A DNA stretch of 63,562 bases, counting the filler, from Sphacelaria rigidula (taxonomy: Eukaryota), in the NCBI GenBank assembly GCA_964200075.2. It is 10 parts of 10 records of this genome, joined end to end, with 100 filler letters (N's around TTAATTAATTAA, not from the genome) between each part and the next. Parts side by side here need not be neighbours in the genome. Positions count along the whole stretch, not along the records: positions 31,836 to 38,102 come from CAXNAA020021133.1; positions 38,203 to 44,468 come from CAXNAA020021134.1; positions 44,569 to 50,833 come from CAXNAA020021135.1; 7 more parts are not named here. The stretch is one strand, 5' to 3'. Both the position numbers and the translations under genes were made by a program. The notes under the pieces were generated by a model that was not told where the DNA came from, searched no databases, and was given only the letters and a program-made list of their open reading frames with translations. Position 1 is the stretch's first letter. The number at the start of each line of letters is the position of its first letter. Shown one piece after another: positions 36,201-48,690 of the stretch.

Positions 36201-38102
36201 CCATTTTTGACTCGAGATGACTTCGACGAGAGATGTTGCGTTATACAGACATGTTGCCTTGTGTGCACAGCTACTTGTGTTCCAAACTGCATGGATTAAA
36301 ACTCGTGAATGCAACTGACGACGATGTACAGTACAGGAGGGCAAGATCACATTGGCTGGTGATATGAGATGCGATTGTTTTTTGTGTTGTCGGACATTGG
36401 ACGCTGATCAAACACGTTGAGCGCGCAGACTGCAAACGAAAACAGAATTGCGAAGTGTTATGAACGATTTCACGTAGCATTTGTCATGCTCAACTATTTC
36501 CTGTATACTGTACTCCAGGCTGATCACTGCTCGTAGACTGTACTGCATTACAGTCTGCTGTGTATCGGCGTATGACGGTACATTTCTCATGTTGCGGGCA
36601 AATGCGGACCAATGAAAGATTTTTGTTATTTTGGTTTCTGCAGATTGTTTGTTGAGCATGCTTACACTATTTGTCGAGCGTAACGGTACATGAGGGTGCA
36701 CCAGCCGGAGTCTGACAGGGGGAGGGTCAACACAGGATTTGTTTTTGTTCCCTGTTTTTCTTTGGTACTCCACCTCCTGGGATACGTGTGTATATTTTTT
36801 ATTGCGAGGGAAGTTGAGCGCACTCCCTTCCCCTGCTGGGGGTCCGCACGTCGTCGACCGTTGGGGCAGAGGTTGTGTACCCACGGCATGATTGTGAAAT
36901 GTTTTTCACAAAAATGCAATTATTTTGTTGCGTTGCGAGGAAAGACGCATGGGTTTGTAGGGGAGGAATTTCATCTTCGATATGATGGATGTACGGTGTA
37001 TTCGAATACTTTTCGCATTTTTGCATGAAATACGACGGACGACTTATCTCTGCGACTATTTTCTACCGCTACGCGTGACCTGCCCCCGATGATGCGAGCC
37101 AATCGTTATGGCGAGGCAACTGCTTTCGAACCCAGGCGGATGTGCACACAAATGACGAAGCCCGGACCGCGACACCGCAAGAGCCAAACCGAAAACAGCA
37201 ACCGCGGCCTGGGCGACGACAACACAACCGCTTGGGGGGCTTAGCAGGAGCCAGGGCAGGAACCAGACACGCTTTGGCATTTAGGTTTTCATCATTGATT
37301 TCTTTGGGAGTTTGCATTTGATTCGGAATGTTTTCGTCTCGTTGTTCGCAGCAACGTGACATGTCAACCATGTGTACCGTCCCGTGGTTGTATTTTTTTG
37401 TTTGATTGTTCTAGTTTTTGTTCCCTACGCCCTACGAAGTACTACCGTAGTTTGGTTATGATTTTCTAAACTTGATCCTCCACATGATTGCGATGATTTT
37501 TTTTAATTATCGAGAAAGAAAATAATGGGGGGGGGAATTGACTATTTGCTTCCATGATTCTCTTTTCGGGTGATTAAAAACGAAGAAAGCTCATGTGATG
37601 GGGTTATCCACAGCGGAGTATTTTGGGAGAAAAATCATATGATGGGATGATCCACGGCGGGGTATTTTGAATAATTTGATTAATCGGTTATAGATTTCAA
37701 AAGGGAATTCGATATTTTGCGATTATTTTGCGATCCGCGCTAGAACGTTCTTGGCAAAGTGATTCACCGGCTCTGGATTTCGGGTTGGACATTCTCAATT
37801 ACGGAAAGAACATGGCGTGGATTCAACCTCGAGTATACTTTCGAGAGTAGAACGGTTTCTAGTCTTGGGTGTCACTAAAGAGCTGACCATCCACCCGCCG
37901 TTCAACATGCGGGACTGACTATGCACCAGGATAACTCACGATAATTGACTCTGGGGTCATCGATCTTATGATTCATGTACTACCTGGAAGCAATACCCCC
38001 TGCAAAATAATATGTAATATTGAATCGGGGGGGGGGGCGTTTTAATACGGAGTAATTAATATCAAATTCTATCCAGTGTGGCGTTTATTCAATAAGTATT
38101 AT
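36201..38102 (+). repeat. ~1.9-kb direct repeat, copy 2 (runs to scaffold end)
   Basis: Begins CCATTTTTGACTC(T/G)AGATGACTTCGACGAGAG exactly as copy 1. Confidence 0.95.
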
Positions 38103-38202
38103 NNNNNNNNNNNNNNNNNNNNNNNNNNNNNNNNNNNNNNNNNNNNTTAATTAATTAANNNNNNNNNNNNNNNNNNNNNNNNNNNNNNNNNNNNNNNNNN
38201 NN
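38103..38202. other. Artificial scaffold spacer
   Basis: N44-TTAATTAATTAA-N44. Confidence 0.99.
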
Positions 38203-39175
38203 AACATCGGGGTATAAGTGGACCCAAAAGGGCCAAAATGGGGTATATTTTGATATGATTTTAGTATTGAAAACAAGCTTTTTTTTCTTTTTTTTCTCAG
38301 TCAGCTTCGTCTGCACGTTATCTCTCTAACGAGCCCAACAGTAGCATGATCGTGAGAATTAAAATACCCACACGATTAAACGTCCATAACGATACAGACT
38401 TATGGGACAGAGGAAGTATAACCAGTAGGCTTCGCGCCGAACAATCTTGGCAGGATGCAGCCCACCCTTCATGCGACTCGCCGTGCACACCACGGGGCTT
38501 CACGCTTGGTGACTGAGTGAGAGCCTGATCCAGCGAATAACCCGGCGTGCTCCGTCCCGGGTTTGTAGGGATGCGAGGTCAATGGTCTTCTGACTATGGC
38601 ATGCATGAAAATGAGTATACCCCCCCTCCCCCCCGCCCGCCCCCCCCTTGTATCGTGGAGCGACTAATGCCACAAACCTATCACACACGAGCGAGAGCAT
38701 CGAACGAGAATAGTTTATCTAGGTGTACCACACGTCTGTACGACCTGAGTAAATTCTGTCTGAACAAGGTGTCGCGTGACCGACTGCGTTATGATATTGT
38801 CCAAGAGAGATTAAATATATCACGAGGGAAAGCCACTCGGTTTCCAACCTCTTAACATTACCGCACCGTACCATATAGCAGTATAGAACAACATATGACC
38901 GATGTCTAGATTGTGGAAGTGGACTACTGGAGTACGCTACACATGCTTTTCCTTTGAAAGTTTGAACACCCTATATTGTGGGAGTGGGGTACCGCAGTAC
39001 GCTGCACATGCTTTTCCTTTGAAAGTTTGAACACCCTATAGAAAACAGTCCTGCTCATGTTGTTGCTACAGACTATTCAAAGCCGCCCCTTTTGAGTCTG
39101 CATCATAAAAAAGCAATGACTTCTTTTGTGCGGTGAAGTAGAGTCGTATATGTGATCTACTGCACCGCACAGTGA

Positions 39176-39700
39176 CTACTGCTCGGCACCCGGCTGTGCT
39201 CTTGCAGTGTCTGTTGTACCATTCGTATTGTACTCGCGATGGGCGGGACATCAAAGTTGAACAGGTGTTATAATGAATGGGCGTGGAACGAGTGTTTCCA
39301 GGTGCTCAAAAGATAAAAGCCCCATATAGTACGATATACAAGATGAATATACCGTGAAAAATTGCCTCCTGGCTAGTGCATTATTACGAGTTAACTTCCG
39401 CGTATCGTCCCATGGGTTGCGTGTCCATATCTCGAATGTTTACCTGTGTAGTCCTTCCGCCAGCAGCTTGTGGTGGTGTACGTGTTTTCACTACCGCGCA
39501 ATCTGGAGGTCAAAAGGCGTGATCTTATTCTTGTACCGTAACGTCCCATTATGCACGGCACTGCACCTTCCGTTCCAATCCTGCAAGTTTTTCATGAGGC
39601 ACTCTCGATACTGGAGTAGAGGCTCCCGGCAACCACGCAAAAATATTTTGGGGTCAACGAGATCTGGGGGCTGCTGCTGCTGCTTCATCCTAGCCGACAT
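39176..39700 (-). CDS. Probable twin CX9C (CHCH) small protein, COA4/CMC-like; proposed exons 39700-39537, 39466-39444, tentative 39210-39176
   Basis: Spliced translation MSARMKQQQQPPDLVDPKIFLRG-CREPLLQYREC-LMKNLQDWNGR-CSAVHNGTLRC-WRKDYT(DTARAQPGAEQ*); GT..AG 70-nt intron 39536-39467; CAG|GTAAAC donor at 39443. Confidence 0.55.
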
Positions 39701-42700
39701 CGTTGCTTTCACTGCTGCTCTCTTCTGGCTTGGCTGGTGTCTACACGTGAAAACTAGACCCCCTGTTAGATCGTGTGTCCTTCGCCGCGCGTTCAGTTTT
39801 CACCGCTAGTGACAATGCCCGTTGAACGCGTTGACTGTGCATGGAGTACACAGTACAGTATTCTAGGATGATGTTCTTCAATAACACAAGTTAATTGGCC
39901 AGCAATCGGCCGGAAGTCGCCGTTGAGCTACGCCTCGGCACAAACTCGGAGGGATTTCGTCGAACCGTAACTATCAGCAATGATTTGACGGTTTCAGGTA
40001 CAGCTGTACACCGCGGGTCTGAGATATATTCGGAATATGTAGGAGGAATGACAAGGTGTCGGTCGTGTTTGGTTGCGCTACGGGCGAGTGTTGTTCCCTG
40101 CTGGTGAGTCCATGTCGGAGTGTCTAGCGTTTTTATATACCGAGCATGTGGTGTATCATTTTGTGCATATCGTCTTGGCAGTCAATGTACTGTTGTCCGA
40201 CTGCGACGTGGTGCTGTAGAGCACTAGTGTATCTGCTACTGTTGTGCCATTCTTGTATCTTCGTGTCAGCTCGCCGCGACAGCGGATGTTTTGGAGAAGC
40301 GTCAAATGGTCCTTTAGATACATCGCTGTTCTACCATATACCTACTGTCTATAACTGTTATTTGCCTGGAAAGACCAATGGTGAGCAGTTGTGCACTTGC
40401 GCTATAGTTGTCGCATTTCAAAGGCTGAAGGCTTTGTGTTGACAGCGAGATATGCATGTGTCCCTGAAAGAGACGACACGGACATGAAGCGGAACGACTG
40501 GTTTCGCAACACCAGCATGCGGCTCCCTGCGTGTGTGCTGAAGGAGTCGTTGCTGTCAGCACAGGATTTAACATGGCCAACTCAGTTCTATATATCCATC
40601 GTTCCCCCGCGTGCTCACATTGATGAGATTAACTGGCCCTGCGCACCTATCATCAGCTTGTCGCGGTGATACAATTAGTGAGTTTCAGGGGATTTTGGCA
40701 TTTCCACCCACACACACGTCAGCTTCTCACACAGACGCTGCCGTGATTTCAACAACCCCTCCCCCACGAGACTATCATTTGAGCCTTGAATCGTCCCACT
40801 ACTATTGTATCCACCCCTCATCCTGTCAGGGGGGAAATGGACCTGGAGGTGAGACGGGAGTCTAATGTGGACCCACTATGCGCTAGATCTCGTTTCGGAA
40901 CAAAATCACCGGCTGATGCTCAATACCAGTACGGTATTGCTGAGAAGCTCCTTTCTGTTTGCGATCACCACTCGAATATAAAGTACAGCGTGTTACGTTG
41001 TCCCCACATCTTAATTGCGTAATGACTCGACGGAAGCAGCTGTTCTCGGTTCTTTTCCAGTGGTCCAACTAGGGCGTAACAAGGTTACTGTGAGGGACCG
41101 ATCTAGTCAGGGGGAGGGGGGGTGGTATCTCAAACATGATACCGGTCCTTCGTGAACAGTTCGAGTGCCGCCTGACCTCTTCAAACCCAGCTCGCGACCA
41201 ATATTGCGCCAGTTATTCAACAATGTTGTGTCACTTTCGGTCAAACCTACGGGGAGGGGAGCGGATATAAAAAATGAATGCATGCGATTTGCCTGAGTTT
41301 GAATTGGTCCCAACTTGTGGGCATGTAGCCGCTCATGTCTCCAGAAAGACTGTGATCGAGCGGACGAGCCCCGTTGAATCGCTTCGTCTACTAATCAACA
41401 TATATGATTTTAACTTTGCAACAATGGTACCACAAGTCGAATGAGTTTTGCATACCAATTACTTGGACTGGGGAATTTTCCCGCTGTCTGACACCAAGAT
41501 AATCAAGGCAAAAAAAAACAGCCGAAATCCATCTAAAATATGTAGTTTTGAACACCTTGTTCTTAACGTGTGTTGACGGCACTAATAAAAATATCAAAGA
41601 GACGGGTCAGCATGGTCACAGGATTTTCACCGTCGAGAGCATGAGTACGTGAGTAAAGAAAAAGTAGTTGACTGAGTGTGTTTGGCGAGAGATGACGCGG
41701 TGCGGAAGTGCTGACTCAATCCGCGAGATCAAAATACAAGGCGTGTTCCGGGGAGATATGGTTTGATCCCTTGAGACCACGGGCTTTTCCCGAGAAAGGG
41801 GAGGGGTTTGAAGTGTTGCAAGGAAGACATTAATGCTTCCATCGCCATTCGTTGGAAAATGAACTTGAGGAAATCACGTGCAGTCATCGTTGGATGCTTG
41901 TGAGACGAACTCTTTTGAGACAAAATCCAAATATTTTCTTTTGCCGATTTCGATCGCGTTTTTTTTCTGACACAATTTTGAACGGACGTGAAAAATGTCT
42001 CACGCAAAAAATCGGAGTTGCACACATGAAGTTGGAGTGATCTCGAAGTTTTGCATCTGTACATCAGCACCCAATGAAGACAGAACTGCTGCACAATCAT
42101 CACGCGACTTTTGTCAACCTTGTATAGACAGCGCTTTTGTTCCTACCCTCAATTCTGTACAGACCGGAACACAGCAGCAGTACAGCAGCTCAGGCAAATC
42201 TCCAGCGCAGATCAAACTATGTTCGCAGGGTTTATACGCACCACAGTACAGCGACAACCATTATGTTTTTATTCTCCGCAATTGAGTTTCATCTCTACGG
42301 CATAGAAATGGTGGGTGTAGGCACGAAGCGCCTCTTCACTTGACAAACGACACGAGAGTCAACACACCATGCCGATTTCAACAGTGTGTAGACAGCACCG
42401 CGTGTCGACGACAGCTTTTTCTTATACAAAGCGAAACAGAACAATAGCATGGTAGCTCACACAATCCCAGCGGAGACCATATCCGTCTTGGTAAGGTCTA
42501 AACACACCACAATACAGTGACAGCTACAGCGCGCGAGAAAGGGCGTGAACGTGTTCGTGTTGCAATACAGTAAAGCATGAATAAATGATTCATCCATTGA
42601 TTGATTTATGATCGTGCATTAACCGATCACCAAGGGATCTAGCATTTGTCATTATCCACACGATAGATGAACACAAGATGAACAATATTTCAACACTGCT

Positions 42701-44468
42701 GAAGGAAAGTGAAAGACAACATAATGGTAGAACGCGTAAACAAGCAAACAAACAAAAAAGAGCAAATATGACAAACAAGCAAGAAGTGGCCGACCTCTGC
42801 AACTTGGCTTCGGGTGAACAAGGTCTTACGCAAAATCATTATAAGGTCATCCCCAAACGAAAACAAGAACCGGCCATGGGAATAGGTTGCTGCATGGGAA
42901 TAGGTTGCTGCGCGGCTACTTCGGCTTTACTATTTTTGAGTATGAGCTCTCGCTTATGCACCCTACCAAAGCGACGCACCAAGCTACAACTTGCGTACAC
43001 CCGGAGAAAAATACAACACATCAGAGAGAGGGGGGGAGACATGGATATAGGCATACTATAGACAGAGACAAACAAACAGACAGACAGGCAGAGATGGAGA
43101 CAAATGGGGAGAGAGAACAGAGAAGAACTGAACTACGGAAGTGATGAAGCCCGAGAACCCAGTACGATAGAGCAGGTACAAACGCACAACCAAACAACAC
43201 CGAGAGACCACTGACCGAGGACAAAACCAGCAGCCGATAGAAAAAGATGGGAGAACATCAGTTTCCATGTTAACCCAGCTCCTCCCACTCAGGGCGTGTC
43301 GTGTCGGAAGAAAATCGATCGGAAAAATTCGGCGCAAAAGTATATATCTATATCCGTCGTGACAGGTGTACTTTATTCAAGTTCTCAAGTGACTTGAACT
43401 ATTGTGTGTAACTATTCATGCGCAGAAGAAAGGCGAAGAATGACAATACACCAGTACCTGGATTTGCAAGTTTGTCAATAGTATTTTCCCTGATGATGAT
43501 AGGAGCGACCCTGGGTCGCGGTGCAGGAACGAACGACACTGAACAGCAGTATCTTTCTAGGTACCCTCAGCTAGTGGCTGTCTCCCGTTGGTCCATTTTT
43601 CCTAGGAGAGGGCACGGACATACGATTGTGTGCGTAGATGTTCTCTGCACATGCACATGTTCTCCGTTCACGTGATGAATGAACCCACTGCATACTCGGT
43701 TGCTCCGCATCAATACCCTTTAGTATACCCCCCTTCCATCTCAGGGTTCAAACATAGCTTGCGGCAAACCGTAATCCTATCCCGACGCCCCAGGTCCGTT
43801 CCCCCCCCCCCCGAAACTCACCGTTGTCAACACGCGCATATGTGCTTTCTTGCGTCGCTATTTTAAGTGCAAGCGCGGGGCTGCGTGCCGAACGGAACGC
43901 GTGCGATCATGCTGCCACTACAGTAGTCCTGCACACAAGTGGCCAGGGAAACTTAGTGTGGCTCGGTTATTTTTTTGGCCATCAAGGGTTGACAAAGGTG
44001 AACAGCTGAATGTTGAGCAACAAACATTGCAACATGTCGGTCGTGCCCGGGCCCGGAAGCTCATGCGATATGACGACGGTTGGGCAAAGTGGTGAAATTG
44101 TGTTGCTTGTAGCCATCATCGTAGATGTTGGGATAATATCACTTCTTGTGACATCCGAAACAAAATGTCATCCTTTTCGGAGAAGGGGGAAAGTTTACTC
44201 CAGCTCGGCGCAGATGAGCGATGATCAACACATGTTATACTTTGTCAAACCATGACGGTGAGGCTAAACCTCACCCCAACCCAAAGTTAACGGAGAAATC
44301 TCGGGCAAGGAAAGTGCATGGCCTGCCCTGGGGATGTAGGGAAGAGTGCTTCGTTTCGGCTGAGATCATCGTCTACCGTTCGAGCCAACGCGCACGCTGC
44401 GGGCGCGCTTGGGACTGTGAGCCGTTAAAATATCCGAACATAATGGCGTATAGTAGTCAGCGTCAGAA

Positions 44469-44568
44469 NNNNNNNNNNNNNNNNNNNNNNNNNNNNNNNN
44501 NNNNNNNNNNNNTTAATTAATTAANNNNNNNNNNNNNNNNNNNNNNNNNNNNNNNNNNNNNNNNNNNN
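44469..44568. other. Artificial scaffold spacer
   Basis: N44-TTAATTAATTAA-N44. Confidence 0.99.
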
Positions 44569-45959
44569 ATTTTAATCCTCCGGGTTCTCATCCTCAATGA
44601 AAAGCACCATCCTCAACATAGATGATCGGCTGTTCCCAGGAGTGTATTTCGATATTGGAGCACATAGGGTGTGGAAAGTGGGGGTCAGGTGGACTGTAAT
44701 GAAGACGTGGTCACGAGCATTGTGCTATAATGTACGTGATGTAGATTTTTATGGTAGAGGCTTTGGTGTGTGCTGGACTCCCGAGGCCGCGCTTTTGCCA
44801 GCAGGGCGGGAACATGGGCGGGTAGATCCTTATGCTGCAGTACTATGTGATGCAACGTGGCATCGTGCTTCCGTAGTTTACATGAGAACGTCGAGCTTTC
44901 TTTGATGCATTTCGTTACTTTCGGTATGGACGAGTTGGTGTGGTGTGGATTCAACGAGTTGAGTCTTGCGCGCCTTAAATGCTTCCTGTGACGGATTTGG
45001 ATGTCCAGTGAGCTGTACTGTATGTATGTAATATTTCAACGACTCAAATTTCGTGAGGACTGCGGGAGATTCTGTATGCTTAGTCGCTTGATACCGTGTC
45101 GGGATTTTTATTACTTTGGACAGGCGGTTCTTTCCGTATGATGGAAACTTACGGTTGACTAGGTGTCAAATATCGTTATTCTTGGAGCGTGAGCTCCGAC
45201 AGAAGCAAAGCGATCCACAAGTGATATACCGAACAGTCTCATCTGCAGGTCATCGTCCGTGTGTGCTTGTTTAGTTGTTTTTGCCTTCTTGGTGTGTGTT
45301 GTGGTTGGTTTCGCTGGATCACTTCGTCTTCCTGCACCGCGTGAAGATTATATATCTTGACGTGTTCCGCTTTCTCCCCCTATCTTGGACATGGGGTGTT
45401 GGCAGCTATAGCTTCACCTGGCCTCTGCCTGGAGAGAGTTTCAGAGAACACGCTGCGGCAGCGTAAGCAGTCATCATGTAATAACCACAAGCACTTGTCC
45501 AATAGAGAATTCTTGCAGTAATAAGACAGTACGCATGGTGAGCTAAAGTCACCGCGCTGCTTTTGTTGACATGATGGTACCTCACAGCCAACTCGAAGGG
45601 AGTTGGTACTGCCTAATTCAGCTGCAGGTGCCCAACTTTTGATCGGTGTTCAATGCAGATTTTCAAACACGGTTGAGGAATGTGCTATTTCCTGACGTAC
45701 TGCGTCACGTATAGACTCACGTACGTGCGGTATGAAGCAGATGGCTTGAATCATTTGCTTGCTTGCTGCTTGCTTGCCGGATCCCTTTTGTGAGCAGCAA
45801 GGGGTGCGTATGAAATCACGTACTGGAATATGTCACCCATACTATGAGAATGGCATACGATATACTGTACGTGACATATATTCTCCAAAATGCCTGTTAC
45901 ATATCCAACGGACACCGCCCCCATCAGTTATTCGTTTTAGCCCCCTTGCTCACGGCTAA

Positions 45960-46337
45960 GGGCCTGTCTTAACACATTGGTTTTCGATCGAAATTGTGCG
46001 GTGGGAAGCAAAAATCCCGATCTGATAGGTCATGGTTTCAACCATCGTCGTAAATAATATGTCGTTTAAAGATGGTTGAAATCATGACCTATCAGATCGG
46101 GATTTTTGCTTCCCAACGCACAATTTCGATCGAAAACTAAGGCCCTCAGGCCGTGTCTTCGCACATCATCTTTCGATTGAAGAAGTGCGATGGAAAACAA
46201 AAACGTCGATATGATGGGTCGTGAATTCAAACATCTTCTAAGTAAATGACGATGGTTGAAATCACGACGTATCAGATCGGAGTTTCCCTCTTCCATTGCA
46301 TAATTTCGATGGAAACGTAATGTGCTAAGACACGCTT
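45960..46337. mobile_element. Two tandem palindromic Tourist/PIF-Harbinger-like MITEs (45960-46145, 46149-46337)
   Basis: Arrangement TAA-[GGGCCTGTCTT...GGCCC]-TCA-[GGCCGTGTCTT...AAGACACGCTT]-TAA; each unit is almost entirely self-complementary. Confidence 0.75.
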
Positions 46338-48419
46338 TAAGTCCTGATAATTCATCCTGAAAGTATAATAGCGCAGAACATCAATCATTCTGGTGACAGG
46401 AGAAGAAAATATACCCAACATCAGATAGCCAAGAACCAAAATAGAGGATCCGTATGAGTACCCGTCGGGAAAGGACCCTTTTCACCCACGCACAGGCGTT
46501 GCAAACTCACCTACTTCAGCGATCGGAAAGGCTGACGATCTTAGCTCGTATCCACCAACTCAATCTCAACTTAAAGTAATGTAAAAAAAATACTACCATG
46601 TAACACGCAGCAGATGTGCACTCAGCATACTCGATATCCATGCCCATCAATATCGTTATGACGTACCGTCTATACCGTAAGGTCGATATCAGGCGATAGT
46701 CTTCCATCATCACATACAAAGATGACTACGCGGTATGCCTGCCTCCAGGCTCCACAAAATATTTCCATCTGCGACTGTCCTACCTTACACACTTAATATA
46801 TCCTAATCGTATGCGTGGAAAATAGCCCCTGCAAAATGAAACTTGCGGAAGTAGTATCGTGCTACTTCTCCAGATAGAAATTGAATACGACGTCATCAAC
46901 TATAATGCTAAAGATATCGAACTCAAGAATGCACAGAATACCTACATGCAGTCACGTGAAACGCCGTAGCGACTTCCAACGTCCTGCCGGCGTCACGGAA
47001 AAATCATGGCACGCATTCATCTCCATACATCATCATCAGCTACCCTGTTACCGACCGTGTATGAGCCGCCTTACTCGTATAGTTGACATCGGTGAACATC
47101 TGCAAGTTTGACCCGTTCATGCTATCTCTACGGAGGGAACACCCTAGCTAACTCGTTCGCCTCACATATCCCAAAATACATAGTGAGACATTGAATAGAA
47201 TTAGGTGAAGCGTAGTACCTCGCTGCGACACGTCATGTGTACACTCTACAGAGAAGCAATTCAAAACATGAAAAAAACTCTATTGAACATTCGAGAAATT
47301 TTAGGCAAAGTTAGCGGTTGATCATTCCATTCGTTTTGCATTACCGATATCAAATGCAAAACTCGTTCGTCGCTCTGCCGACAAGAACCTCTCGAAATAG
47401 ATCCGGGCCATCATCAAACTCCTCAATTGATTTTCCTCTGCATGAAAATATAGTCAAACATACCATAGTACGAGTACCCGTAAAAGTATTTTTTGGAGGT
47501 CAAGGGTTCGGATGAGACACCATATATCACTGTTCCGCATATCAGTGTACTAGTAGTTTCATCGAAGGGATGAGATCTCAAGGTACTATTCGGACAGTAA
47601 CTATTCTGGACATTGCTCAAGATTGATTCCAGGGCATGATCTTCATGCGCTTCATGTGAGAGTCGGATAGTAGAGATTACGAATAGTGCACGATCGATAA
47701 TAGGTGATGATGACACAGCTTCGCGGAGTATCTGACGGTGCTCGGCAGATTGTTCGAAGCCAATTTTGAGTTCAGGGGTTACATCGGACGATCTTCAGTG
47801 TTTCCTCATTTGGGTCTAAAGATACGCCTTTGGCAGTAACGGATTTTGGGTAATAGTCATGGTCCTATTCCGTCTGCCTACGGTGCACAACTTTCATTTG
47901 AGAGTTGGATAGGAAAGGGTCCGAGTTGTGCATGATCTACACAGGTGATGTGGCTCTAATGACACGGTTTCATGGGGTATCACTTGTTGCTCGGCAGCTT
48001 GTTGGAGGCCAATGTAGCAGTCAGCGGCTGCTGCGGATTTTGAGTGTTGCTTGGTTTGGGTATATTAATATTATGATATTTGTGTGCCTTACTGAGATAA
48101 GTTGAGGTGACCTCCATTGCTCTAATCAATCTTGGCTTGGACCTATAGTCAACGACGTTGGACAACTACTTCTTACCCCCACGGACCCCTCGAGTCCTTA
48201 CTGGTGAGCCTTGTTTGAGGATGAGACTTGCTAGCTCGTTATATATCCTGGTTTGGATACCCACTTCTCACCTGAACATTTTGGCTGACTGCTGTGCATT
48301 TCATACATCCGGTGAGGTGCAGTTCACACGACGATAATCCAACGAGAGTCTCTGTTCTTGCGAATACCAGGACAAGAGGTTTTGGTGCACACACGACCAT
48401 TTGGCTACACCCCGAAATG

Positions 48420-48690
48420 ACTCCGAGGGGATGCGCGGCCCTCCAGGGGGGAAACGAGCCTCCGGAGGCCTTCAATCCCTCTGGAAGAAACCCAACTCTA
48501 CCGAACCGGAGGGCCGCGCACCCCTCCGGAGGAATGTGAGGGTATGCGCGGCCTTCCAGAGGCAAAAGTAAGCCTCCGGAGGCGTCTAATCCCTCTGGAG
48601 GAAACCAAAAAATCTCCTGCGGAGGGCCGCGCACCCCTCCGGAGGCATATAATTCCTCTGGAGGCTCGAAACGTTTCCCGACCTGGAGGA
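48420..48690. repeat. GC-rich minisatellite, ~113-bp period with internal dyads (CCTCCGGAGG)
   Basis: GAGGGCCGCGCACCCCTCCGGAGG at ~48509 and ~48622; ATGCGCGGCC at ~48431 and ~48544. Confidence 0.8.

Noticed and set aside
44597..48230. Protein-like fragments in scaffold 8 (also ~29100-30690, ~51400-52900, ~60200-60850)
   Set aside because: Many stops and frameshifts and no motif I can identify; probably old TE debris but not assignable by eye.
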